From the NCBI RefSeq assembly GCF_006345805.1, contig NC_042997.1:83824001-83888000 (forward strand): DNA of 64,000 bases, read 5' to 3'. Under the pieces are notes generated by a model. That model saw only the letters and a list, made by a program, of their open reading frames with translations. It had not been told where the DNA came from and ran no database searches. Below, one piece after another: positions 52,179 to 64,000 of the stretch. The DNA comes from Octopus sinensis. Lineage: Eukaryota. The first letter of the stretch is position 1. Each line of letters starts with the position of its first letter. A program made the position numbers and the translations under genes.

Positions 52179-53854
52179 AAAGACACTTGAAAATAAAATC
52201 ACGCTATTTCCTGAATGAGCTCCATAATATATTCTATGTTATCTGCAGACGGCTATTTTTCTATAAGACATTTACAAAAATATTTGGACTTTTATCCTTT
52301 TGAGGGCAATAAAATAAATATCAGTCAATGCAACCGACTTACTCCCCACCTTCGAACTTGCTGGCACTGTGCCAAAATTTGAAACCAATATTTGGACTAA
52401 AATTGCTTGGTATTGGCTTGAAAATTTGGCACAAGGCCAGCAAGGTTGGGGGAGGGGTAAGTCCTTTACATTGACCCCAGACCTCAATAGGTACTTATTT
52501 TATCAACCCCAAAAGAATGACTTCAGTGGACCTTGAACACAGAAATGCTAAGATGGATGAAATGCCGCTAAGCATTCTGCTTGGTGTGCTAACGATTCAG
52601 CCAGCTTGTCATCCTGAGGAACTGCTTAATATTAGTGGCTGACTCCCATTTTGCTGTTTCTCTTGTGTATAGATTCTATATTGTACAAAGGTATCTGGTA
52701 CGTAGGGCACAAATAGACCCCACCATTTCCTGAATGCATTTTTCTTGAAGTTGTAATTTATGCATCCCTTCTTTATGATTCTGAATCAAAGAGGGAGATT
52801 GGGATAAATCATTTCAAATCTAGGTGGTTGTTGATGCTATTGAACAATTTATATCTAACTCCTCATGAAATAAATCTAACATAAGAATGTCATTGACATA
52901 CCTGGAGGGAAAAAAAATTAAATACATGAATAGCAGCTGTTCAGTGTACTATTTACTAGATGGATAGTAAATCTGATAGACTTACCACCAAAGGTAGGTT
53001 CAATGTCTATCTGCCTGTCTCTCTCTCTATATATATATCACTGAATCAAGGTATCAACCAGATTACTGGATATATACACCACTTGAAAATAAATATCAAG
53101 CTGGATTGATAATGTATTTTAAAAATACTTTTTAAAAAACACACAATGCAAGTTGAAAATTATAGAGTGGAATCAAATACAAAACCTAAAGCAAAATATG
53201 AACATTAGTATTCCTTTTTATTTTGTATATCAGTATTTTAGGTTTAAGAGAAACGATGTGATTGAACTAGCTCCATTTTACACAGGTTCTGCAGTAATAA
53301 AGCAGTTATTTTTTCAGATGCTATTATTGTTAAGAACTACATGCGCAGGTTTGTAATATTAAATCTGCCAATCAACACCACAGAGGTCACATCTGTTGAT
53401 GGATGGTTGAGGTTTATTAATAAAGATAGTTTCTTTAATCCTTAAATTTCCAATATTCTATTCTGTAATTTTGATAGATTGTAATATCCTGGTTGTTACA
53501 TTTGCTAAGATTTTAACATTCCTTCTTTGGCATCTTCTGGAAGTGCATCAACCCATCCCTAACTCCTGTAGTTCCCAATTCTTCATTTTACAAAACAATT
53601 GGTCTAAAGACATAGCATAACTTTACATAGAGAAAGTTTTTATTATTAGCTCTCTGATCCATGTAAGCCTAGAAAAGTGAATATTACATAATATTGAAGA
53701 TGAGGGTCACTTTGTGGTAAGAAACTTACTTCCCAACCACATGGCTCCAGATTCAGTCTCACTGTGTGGCATCTTGGGTATCTTCTGCTGTAGCCTCAGG
53801 CTGACCAAAGCTTTGTGAGTGGATTTGATAGACAGAAACTGAAAGAAGCTTCTC

Positions 53855-53918
<64 letters not shown>

Positions 53919-53984
53919 ATAAGTGTGAGTATGTATCTGTGTTTGTCCCTCCATGACAACCAGTGCTGTGTTTACATATATACA

Positions 53985-54025
<41 letters not shown>

Positions 54026-54353
54026 ATATGTGTATATATATATGTATATGTATAGATGTATATGTATATATGTTTATATGTGTATATGTGTATATGTTTA
54101 TATGTGTGTATATATATATATGTGTATATATGTTTATATGTGTATATATGTATATATGTTTATACATATATATATACATGTGTATATATATTACATTTAA
54201 ACTTGTTTTTACCACTTTATTGGCTCCCTGCTAATCCCTTACACAAAGGAAGTGTTTTCATTATAATTGTAAAGTATTTATTCTTCTCTGCCTGTCTGTC
54301 TCTCAATACACACATATCTTCCATTAGTAGAAGATACAATTATCTTCTACAAT

Positions 54354-54746
54354 GGATGGATGGAAGCACTCTGTCGGTTACAACGACGAGGGTTCTGGTT
54401 GATCCGAATCAACGGAACAGCCTGCTCATGAAATTAACGTGTAAGTGGCTGAGCACTCCACAGACACGTGTACCCTTAACGTAGTTCTCGGGGATATTCA
54501 GCGTGACACAGAGAGTGACAAGGCCGGCCCTTTTGAAATACAGGTACAACAGAAACAGGAAGAAAGAGTGAGAGAAAGTTGTGGTGAAAGAGTACAGCAG
54601 GGATCACCACCATCCCCTGCCGGAGCCTCGTGGAGCTTTAGGTGTTTTCGCTCAATAAACACTCACAACGCCCGTTCTGGGAATCGAAACCGCGATCCTA
54701 TGACCGCGAGTCCGCTGCCCTAACCACTGGGCCATTGCGCTTCCAC
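54354..54746 (-). mobile_element. Young full-length tRNA-derived SINE with 12-bp TSD
   Basis: A-box tggcccagtgg and B-box ggtttcgattcc on the minus strand, abundant CpG, TSD atcttctacaat at 54342-54353 and 54747-54758. Confidence 0.92.
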
Positions 54747-54954
54747 ATCTTCTACAATAACCTTGGGTTGACCAAAGCTTCATGAGTGGATCAGGTAGAC
54801 AGAGATTGGAAAGTAAAATACGTGGTCATCTTTGTGTACAGACATATCCTTTGCATCCTTCTTCAGCTGAGCATTCCTAATCTTGTGGGCTCGTGAGTGC
54901 TGGTGCCCCGTAAAAAGCACTCAAGTCAGTGCCACTTATACTGGATTTCAGAAT

Positions 54955-55520
54955 GTCTGTTGGCTATTTTTTCTTTCTCACTAGACCGCTGGTGGCGAAA
55001 TAATTTCTATTGAATTTTTTGCTACCCTGATATTGATTAATTAATGATTTTTTGGCTAATTCTGAACTTATATCAGCAGTTTATATTTGCTGCTGATAAG
55101 TTGGCGCGATGACGGTAGATTTTGAAAATTTAGAGTATATATTCCCAAGGCATCGATGCTGTTGCCTTGTGGACTATTTATTCCTCCTGGCTTCGTTGCC
55201 GATGAGATGGGCCAGTGGTAAATTGACTTGATTAAATTTAATTTAATTTAATTAAGCTGGTTTGCCAAAAAGTACGTCGAAACTATGCATAGTCCAAAGA
55301 TTTTAAGGGTAAATGTTTTTAATTTTCCTTTGATTTCTGAATTACTACTATTTAGCGGTTTGAGTATTGCTGCTCGTTTTAGTGAGTTGAATGGCCTATT
55401 AAGGCCATTCCTTAATATTATTGTTGAATGTACATTATATAGTCTGTTGGCTATTTTTTCTTTCTCACTAGACCGCTGGTGGCGAAATAATTTCTATTGA
55501 ATTTTTTGCTACCCTGATAT

Positions 55521-55524
<4 letters not shown>
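54955..55524 (+). mobile_element. Retrozyme / Penelope-pLTR-like element copy 2 (487-nt unit + 83-nt redundancy)
   Basis: Identical 83-nt direct repeats 54955-55037 and 55442-55524 (offset 487); colinear with copy 1; ends in (TA)n; contains H9. Confidence 0.8.
55193..55300 (+). ncRNA. Type-I hammerhead ribozyme H9 (core CCGAUGA, long stem II)
   Basis: tcgttg / CCGAUGA (55199-55205) / gatg...hairpin 55216-55267...cgtc / GAAA (55279-55282) / cta-tgca-tag / UC / caaaga; predicted GUC cleavage after 55294. Confidence 0.82.
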
Positions 55525-55557
<33 letters not shown>

Positions 55558-55654
55558 AGTTCAGCAAAATTTAGATTCAAATGAATATGGTACTTAAGTT
55601 AGATGCACCAGAATTTTGTATGGTGTTATCCATATAAATCCATGGGGTGATTAT

Positions 55655-55988
55655 AATCAAAATAAGCAACAAGAATATCTTCGGTAATTTGGTACGATTG
55701 TTTCACGCTACATCATTTTATTAAACATTGTAAGTATTACAACAGTTTTAAAATGTTGAGCAATCATCAGTCATTTATAGAGGTTTTCTATTAATACATA
55801 TTTTCATATTAATTTTCATATTATTGAAAATTAATATGAAAATATGTATTAATGGAAAACCTCTATAAATGACTGATGATTGCTCAACATTTTAAAACTG
55901 TTGTAATACTTACAATGTTTAATAAAATGATCTAGCGTGAAACAATCGTACCAAATTACTGAAGATATTCTTGTTGCTTATTTTGATT
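55655..55988. repeat. Near-perfect palindrome, 164-bp arms, 6-nt spacer
   Basis: 55655-55818 versus 55825-55988; I counted three mismatches by eye. Confidence 0.95.
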
Positions 55989-56019
55989 TTATATATATAT
56001 ACACACACACACACACATA

Positions 56020-56799
56020 CAGTTCTAGGTAAATTCCATCAGGTAAATTTCACCATAGGTAAATTCCACCATAGTATATTCCACCATGGTAAATTCCACC
56101 CACTAATAATCACTGTGGTCAGTTTCTCTAGACTGTGGGTCAAAACCGATATTATTTAATCTGTCTATCTCTCAAGTCTTGAGATAGAGAGAGAGAGAGA
56201 GAGAGTCTCAAGGCGAGATAGAAAATAATCTTTATAATCTACTTGAATGAGATGGGATCACTTTAATGTACTCCCATTCAAGCAAGAATCTATGAAAAAG
56301 TCTCATCACAAAATTTCAAAAATAATATAATTAAGGATAAGGAAAGAAAAGATTAAATTTTGGCACACATTTTATTATAACAATAGGATAAAAATAACAG
56401 TGAATACATTGTGAAGTAGAGTTGGGATAAGAAAGTTTAATTTACTTAAAAAGAAATTTCTTAAGACAAACTGTATGCAATACTCCTTAAAAATTGCAGA
56501 GGATTTTCATTTTGATATTCCTGAACTAGCTTATTCAGTCATGCATTAATAATTTGATAGGTCTTTTTTTTTTTGTTGTTGAGTCTCCATGTCGAATGTG
56601 TGCAATTTTTGTCTGGCTTAATCCCTCCTCAGATTTAAGGGCAGTGCATAGTCTCCACAAATTTGGATGTGTGGATGTTAGTAATGAATGCAAAGCATTG
56701 TGGGACCCTTCTAAATAATGATTTTATAATGATAATAATGATAATAATAATAATTTCAGCTATGATGAAATTTACTATGGTGGAATTTACCTGTCACCC
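56020..56799 (-). mobile_element. Internally deleted Mutator-like (MULE) element with subterminal tandem repeats
   Basis: Minus-strand LEGSHNALHSLLTSTHPNLWRLCTALKSEE...KKKKTY (~56711-56537) matches the EGWHN..HP..W..LK.E C-terminus of animal MULE transposases. ggtaaattccaccat repeats are inverted at the two ends; 9-bp flanks acacacata / acacaaata. Confidence 0.7.
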
Positions 56800-59306
56800 A
56801 CACAAATATATACACATATATTTACATAAATGTAGATTTAGATATGTACCTACATACATACATACACACACACACATACATACATACACACATGCATGCA
56901 TCCTTATACATATACACTTGTATGTCATTGGTACTATTGTTTCATCCTTAATTAAAGCTGATGAGTAAGCATAAAAAAATATTAAGGGCCAATACAATCA
57001 GCTTGAAGGTGCTGCTACAGAATGGCCAAAGTAGAATAACTGAAACTAATAAAAGAGTGAAAGAACACCAACACAGATTTATAAAGGTACACATTTGCAC
57101 ATTGATAAATATATCATCATCCTCATTTAATGTCTGTTTTCCATGAGGGCATGGGTTAGGTGGTTTGACTGGAGCTGGTAAGCCGGGAGCTGCATGAGGC
57201 TATACATAAAAAACATCCATACTTATAAATGAAACTTATTTAAATAGGTGCAGGCGTGGCTGTGTGGTAAGAAGCTTACTTCCTAACCACATGGTTCTGG
57301 GTTCAATCGCACCGTGTGGCACTTTGAACATGTGGCACTTTGAACATGTGGCTTCTACTATGGCCTCAGGCTAACCAAAGTCTTGTGAGTGGATTTGGTA
57401 GATGGAAACTGAAAAAAGCCTGTTATATATGCATATATATAAATATATATGTGTGTGTGTGAATGTCTCTATGTCCGTATTTGTCCCCCTATCATTGCTT
57501 GACGACCAATGTTGGCATGTTTACGTTCCTCATAACTTAGTGGTTCAGCAGAAGAGACAGATAGAATAAGTACTAGGCTGACAAAGAATAAGTCCTAGGG
57601 TCGATTTGTTTAACTAAAATCCTTTAAGGTGGTGCTCCAGCATGGCTGCAGTCAAATGACTGAAACAAGTAGAAGAATAAAAGAAATGTATTTTGATAGT
57701 CACACCTTATACACATATTCATATACGTATTCACATATACTCACCCCAATAATACACATGCAAAATTATGATATATCAAGATTCATTGGCATCACATTCT
57801 ATATGCATTTAAATTAGTGCTGAAATTTATCATTTTCCCTCCAGCAACTAAAGAGAATTCCTTCCTTCAAATTTTTCAAGCTGTTTCCTTAAAGTTGAAT
57901 GGTAGAGAATGAATTTATTGAATGAATTAGATATACTAGATGATTACATTATGTAAATGAAGTAGGTGTTGGTGTAATGAATAACAGATGCAAGATAATT
58001 TTTAATAAATTGAAATTTTTTTCTCTCAGTTAGATAGAAGCTAATCAAAAACCTAATGGCAATTGTTCCTGATTGGGAAACAAAAGGGGGAGATAATTTC
58101 AAAAGTTTATTTTTTAAAAAGAAAATAGTTTTGAGCATAAAGGAAAATCTGTTCTTGGTTAGAGAGAATGACACAGATATGCACATATATATGAAAAGCT
58201 AACTTAGAGAACCAGATATATGCATTGGAATGACTTTTGAGTAATCGTGTAAAAGAACAACTTGAACATATCTGATTTTGATTGGAAGACTAAGATTCAC
58301 CTACTGTCTATATGGCATCTATTCCAGTTTGGTTGAAAAAATTTCATGTGCGTGAAGCCAGCAGCTTGCAAATTGTTTTAATGGTTATCATGAAATCGAC
58401 TGAATATGTACTTATACTGGGTTTGAAAGCAAGCTCCTAATATATCAATGCATGCATGACTTCATGTATAACTTTTATCTTTTACTTGATTTAGGCACTA
58501 AACTGTGGCCATGCAGGGGCACTTAGTTGAAGAAGTTTTATTAGAATGCATCAGCCCCAGTACTTACCCTATTTTTTTGGCAACCTAGCACTTATTTTAT
58601 CTGTCCCTTTCTGTTGAACATCTAAGGTACAAGTTCTGGGTTCAGATCCACTGCGTGGTAGCTTGGACAAGTGTCTTCTACAATAGCCTCGGGCTGACCA
58701 AAGCCTTGTGAGGGGATTTGGTAGACAGAAACTGTAAGAAGCCCATTGCATATATGTATGTATGTGTGTGTGGTGTGTGTGTGTGTGTGTGTGTGTGTGT
58801 TGTGTGTGTGTGTGTGTGTGTGTGTGCACGTGTGTGTGTATGTTTATGTATCTGTGTTTATCCCCCCACTATCGGCTTGATAACTGATGTTGGTGTGTTT
58901 ATGTGCCTGTAACTTAGTGATTTGGCAAAAGAGACTGATAGAATAAGTACTAGGCTTACAAAGAATAATTCCTAGGGTTGATTTGTTTGACTAAGGATGG
59001 TACTCCAGCATGGCTACAGTCAAATGACTGAAACAAATAGAGGAATATATATATATATGTATATAAAATACACAGCTAAAAGAACTACTAATAGTTTCAT
59101 GCTATTATGATACTTGAACAGGCATATTTATAAAATAAACCAAGTATCTTAAAGCAATCTTTCAGGTTCTATTTATGCATTATATATAATTTTTAAAAAC
59201 AAGGACATTGTGTATGTGTTAATATCTATCTATGTGTGTATATATATGCATATATGTATGTATGTATACATATATATGTATATACATCTGTATGAGTGTG
59301 CATGTC

Positions 59307-59357
<51 letters not shown>

Positions 59358-59407
59358 CACAGGTGTACTTGCTAGGCAAGTGATTTGAGATTGTATGTTG
59401 AAACTGA

Positions 59408-59584
59408 AACAATTACAGCAAGGAACACAAATATTTGTCATTCAAAAACATACAAAAACTGTTAACTTCACTTGAAAATTTATTATTTGATGTCAAAATT
59501 TCCGTCATACCAATGTTTAATTGAAGTTTACAGTCTTTGTGTGTTTTTGAATGGCTAATAAATGTCTTTCATTTTGTAATTGTT
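59408..59584. repeat. Old imperfect inverted repeat (about 63-bp arms)
   Basis: aacaattac...cattcaaaaacatacaaaaactgttaacttca versus tgaagtttacagtctttgtgtgtttttgaatg...gtaattgtt. Confidence 0.7.
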
Positions 59585-61873
59585 ACACACGTGTGTGTGT
59601 GTGTACAAAGCCTGTATTGGTCAGGGTTGACCAAATATCTACGTCTGTGTATCTGTATATGCAGACCTTTGCAAAGTTTATTTTGCAGAAATCTAATAGT
59701 TACCCATGTTTCTTCTGTCCATGGTACCAACATTGACTAAGGCAAAGCAATGATTGATACAGCTTGGCACTGGCGTTGTCACAGGTGTTACTGTCAGAAC
59801 ACAGAGAGATGGAAAAAAATAACACAAAGAATCTTGTCTAATGCTTTAAGATTGAGTTGCTATTTAATTTTATTGGTAGGTGTGGGCGTGTGGTTAAGAA
59901 GCTTGCTTCTCAACCACATGGTCTTGAGTTCAGTCCTATAGTGCAGCATCTTGGGCAAGTAAGTGCCTTTTACAATAGCTCTGGGCCAACTAAAGCATGG
60001 TGAGTGCATATGGTAGATGAGAAATGAAAGAAGCGGTCATTGAGACTTTTTCAACTGTAAGTATGGAAAACAATTAAATTTTGGAAAAATTAAATGAAAA
60101 GTATTTTAAAAGAATATTTGCATAGTATTCAAATATAAGGGGCATTTTCCTTGTTTCTGCCTTTTGCTGTCTCTCTTGTTTAGTTTTGTGCATTCAAGGT
60201 TGTTATATATATCTGACTATTCTTTTCTTTCTCTCTGGACCTTTTCTCTTTCTGTTAAAGGTACCATGCGTGAAATATCACCCCCAACACTTTTTTCCAT
60301 CTTAAATTGAGTGTCAACCTAATACATTTACTGTGTATGTACTTTTGATTTTTGTTGTTTTTGTTTTTATTTTTGTAATTTGCCTATGTACATATATATA
60401 TAATATATATGTGTGTGTGTGTGTGGTGTGAGTGTGTGGATATGTATTTGTGTACAACCTCACTTTGACATTATGTAATCCTTTTTTATTTTCTTCTATT
60501 AAAGGCACAAGCCCTGAAACTTTAGGGGAGGGTTCTAGTTGATTACATCGACCCCAGTGTTTCATTGCTATTTATTTTATCATTCCTGAAGGGATGAAAG
60601 GCAAAGTTAACCTCAGTGGAATTTGAATTTAGAAGGTGCCAACAGACAAAGTGCCATTCAATATTTTGCCCATCATGCAATGTTCTACCAGGTCACTGCC
60701 TTTTAAAATCACATAATGATCGTAACCAAGCATCACTGTCATACAGCAATGTTGTTCATTTCCAGTCTCCCATGGAAAACATGTCTGGCCATGGGGAGAT
60801 ATTGGAAATATTACTTTTCTTGGAAACAAGTGAGTATTAGGAACAGGAATGGCATCCAACTGTAGAAAACTTGCCTCAACAAAATTCTGTCTGACCCATG
60901 CAAGCATGGAAAAGTGGATGTTAAAGCGATGTTAATGAAAGATGAAAGACAGGGACTGACCAAAGCACGACTTGAACACAGAATGCAGAAAGTCAGGATA
61001 AGTACTAAGAGGTATTTTAACAAATGACCACAGAATTCTACCACTTAGCTTGGACTGGAACACCCTCTTCTAGAACACAGATCTGACCGATAATGTCATT
61101 GTGAAAAATAAGCAATGACATCATCAAAATCTCAAAACTACAAGATAATGCATGATTAACTCAAAAACAATGTGAAAAAAATAAGCACTTCATTTGACAG
61201 AATAATCTGAATGCTAAAGTGTTAAGTTTTGGTACATATAAAGGAAGTAATTGGTTGGAATTGAGCTAAAAAATTATTGTACTGTTTCACATCCGTTTTT
61301 TTTCATAGTAGTATGGAGCAATTATTTTTAGAGCTGAATGCACTTCCTATAACAAATCAATCAACTTTGAAATTAGAATAGATTTAATTCAGTGTTCAGT
61401 TAGGCAAACTGGAACAATTACCTTGCCAACAGAGGCACAGTAGCTCTTGTAGCAAAGTTTGGACTCTTATGTATGATACACAACACTTTAAATTAAATAT
61501 AGCAACTGAATGTCTTAAGTGCAGGAATGGCTGTGTGGTTAAGATGCTGGCTTTTCAATTTAATGATTTTGAGTTCAGTTCCATAATGCAACACCTTGGG
61601 CAAATGTCTTTTGCTATAGCTGTGGGCCAGCCAAAGTCTTACCAGTAGAATTGGTATGACAGAATCTGAAAGAAGCCCATCTATAATATTATCATCTTCA
61701 TCATCATCCTTCCCCTCCTCATCATTTAATGCCTGTTTTTCATGCTGGCATGGATTGGACGATTTGACAGGATCCGGCTTGCTGGCATATTTTGGAATAG
61801 TTTCTATGGCTGGATGCCCTTCCTAATGCCAACCACTTTACAGAGTGCATTGGGTACTTTTTATGTGGCACCA

Positions 61874-61916
<43 letters not shown>

Positions 61917-62259
61917 TTATTATATATGTGTGTGTTGTTTCTTGACATCAACTGATTGTAAACAATTGTCACTGTCATACAAGTAATATTTATTTCCAAT
62001 CTTCCATGAATAACATGTCAGGGTATATGAAAACATTACCTTACTTGAAAAGAAGATGGGGAGGAAGGCATTCAGTCATAGAAAATCTACCTCAAAGAAT
62101 TCTGTCTAACCCACACAAGTATAGAAAAATGAACATTAAAATGATGATGATGATGATAAATCTCATTGGTTTTAATGCTTCTTATTCTTGATGTCATGGT
62201 CAGATAGAAGCAAATGTTTTATTTTTGTTTTTTTTAAATGATGTAATAGTTGCTGAATA

Positions 62260-64000
62260 ACCCCCACCTCATCCAGAGGTCATCACTCCTTTGGTAATTT
62301 TAGGGTGCTGAATCTGAATCTGACATCAGTTTTCAGACAGCACGTGTAGTTTTTTAGTTATTCTCAGCATCAGATTTTCCAACCAATTGATAATATTGAC
62401 AAAGTAGTAGGCTATTTGCTTTTGATTTTCATTCATATACTCATCACGGAAACAAAAATAAGTGCTGATAGAGGGAAGTGTAGGCTACCTGTTAAATTGC
62501 CACACAAGATGAGAATTTATTTTACTTTGTTATTACTGTAATTATAGTAAAGTTCTCATCACAGTGGGATACTGATATTAGGGTATAGTAAGCCACCCAG
62601 ACTCCCTTTTTTGATAACTGCTAGTGCTGTAAAAACAAAGTACATCAAATAAGAGAGCCAGGTTATATGAAAAGTAGTTTAGTAGTAAGCTTAGTTATTT
62701 ATTAAAGTGATCAATGTTTGAAATTTAGAGATGGAAAAAACTGTTTCATGATAACCATAGCTTTAGTGCATTCTATAATAATTTAAATGATTTTTTTGAG
62801 AAATATATTTTGATGTTTTACAGTAACATTTATAGTTGATTAATTTTATATTTTAGTTTACTGATAGGCTGATTTAGGTTATTACTGTATGTATTTATAA
62901 TGAGCAGAAAAGTTTGTGTTAATCACCTGAACAGCTTTTGTTATGTGTAGAAAATTTATGCCAAAAGATCAGAGAAATAAGCTTACAAAGAAATTTTAAA
63001 ATGCTTACAAGCTTTACTTCGGGTGCAAAGTTGGGGACTAAGATAAAGTGTTGGTACCACATGTTTATTGCAAAATCTGCTACACAGCCACTAACCCAAT
63101 GGCTGAATGGTAAATAGTAAAGTATGCCATTTGCGGTACCAATGATATGGCGCAAACCAGCAAACCACTATACCGATTGTTATTTCTGCTTAACTAACAT
63201 TACACGTTTCTCTAAGAAAAACAAATCCAAGATTGTTTATCCAGATTGCCCTTCACCTTTAAAACCAGTTGCTCATACTGCTGAAAATATTCCAATTCCA
63301 GAACCTCCTTCATCTTTTGACAAAGATAGTTTAAGTGAAGAAAGTACTGCATCTACTTCAATTGAAGGCATGCCGAGTGTTACAGCAGATCACTGTGATG
63401 AACCAGGATTTTCAAAAAAGTTCCTTATTTATTAAATCAACTTGAGTTAAATGATTTAGTTAGACTTGAGTTTAACAAATGAAAAGTCAGAACTAATAGG
63501 CTCCAGGTTGAAACAATAGAATCTTTTACACGATAGTGTAAAATGCTCGTATTTTCAAAAACGGCGTACAGAGTTGCGCGATTTTTTTATGGAGAAAGAC
63601 GGTATTTGCTTTTGATGTGATGTTGAAGGACTCCGACGAGATGGGGTATGGCCATGATCCTGAAGAATGGAGACTCTTCATAGATTCCAGCAAAGCAAGC
63701 CTAAAAGCAGTTTTGCTGCATAATGACAATCAAAAACCCTCAATACCACTAGCACATGCTGTAGGATTAAAGGAAACTTATGAATCAATGGATAAAATTT
63801 TACTCTTGATTAAATATTCTGAGTACAAGTGGAATATATGGGGGACTTGAAAGTTATTGGTTTATTTCTTGGGTTGCAAATGGGATATACAAAGCACCAG
63901 TGCTTTTTGTGCTTTTGGAACAGCAGAGATGACAAACATCTCTATGATCAAAAAGAGTGGCTAAAGATAAGTGATTTCATTCCAGAGAGATACAACGTTA
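62260..64000 (+). mobile_element. Chapaev3-like (CMC superfamily) DNA transposon with disrupted transposase from ~62900, running off the window
   Basis: MSRKVCVNH..SFCYV...YFGCKVGD.DK...PHVYCKIC...MPFAVPMIWRKP.NH.TDCYFC (Chapa-type zinc finger), then WRLFIDSSKASLKAVLLHN, GDLKVI and GYTKHQCFLC; multiple stops and frameshifts. The left end is approximate and the superfamily call is from recalled motifs. Confidence 0.75.

Noticed and set aside
1-64000. Most ORF-track entries (poly-I, poly-Y, HT/YI/CV repeats, SINE translations)
   Set aside because: They are translations of (AAT)n, (CA)n, (TA)n, (GA)n tracts or SINE bodies, with no domain motifs or splice support.

Overview
AT-rich eukaryotic genomic DNA with no supportable host protein-coding exon, rRNA, tRNA or CRISPR array. 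The mix of tRNA-derived SINEs and dense (TA)n, (CA)n and (AAT)n microsatellites resembles octopus or other cephalopod non-coding DNA (inference from recalled repeat families, not a search). Nearly all ORF-track entries are microsatellite or SINE artefacts. The genuine coding remnants are decayed transposons: three R4/Dong-like REL retrotransposon 3' ends in (AAT)n arrays, an RTE-type AP-endonuclease, Tc1, maT (DD37D) and mariner transposases, a MULE fragment and a Chapaev3-like transposase. The main discovery is a cluster of at least nine type-I hammerhead ribozyme folds read directly from the sequence (one at 17.4 kb, the rest at 39-55 kb), mostly beside (TA)n tracts. Two lie in diverged copies of a non-coding element whose terminal direct repeats are exactly 487 nt apart in both copies (46474-47113 and 54955-55524). 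The copies show compensatory changes in all three ribozyme stems and an unusually long stem II. This fits a retrozyme or Penelope-pLTR-like element, possibly copied from a circular RNA. Also notable are three long fold-back palindromes and a canonical recursive splice site on the minus strand (3040-3062). Ends of degenerate repeats are approximate, and novelty could not be checked.
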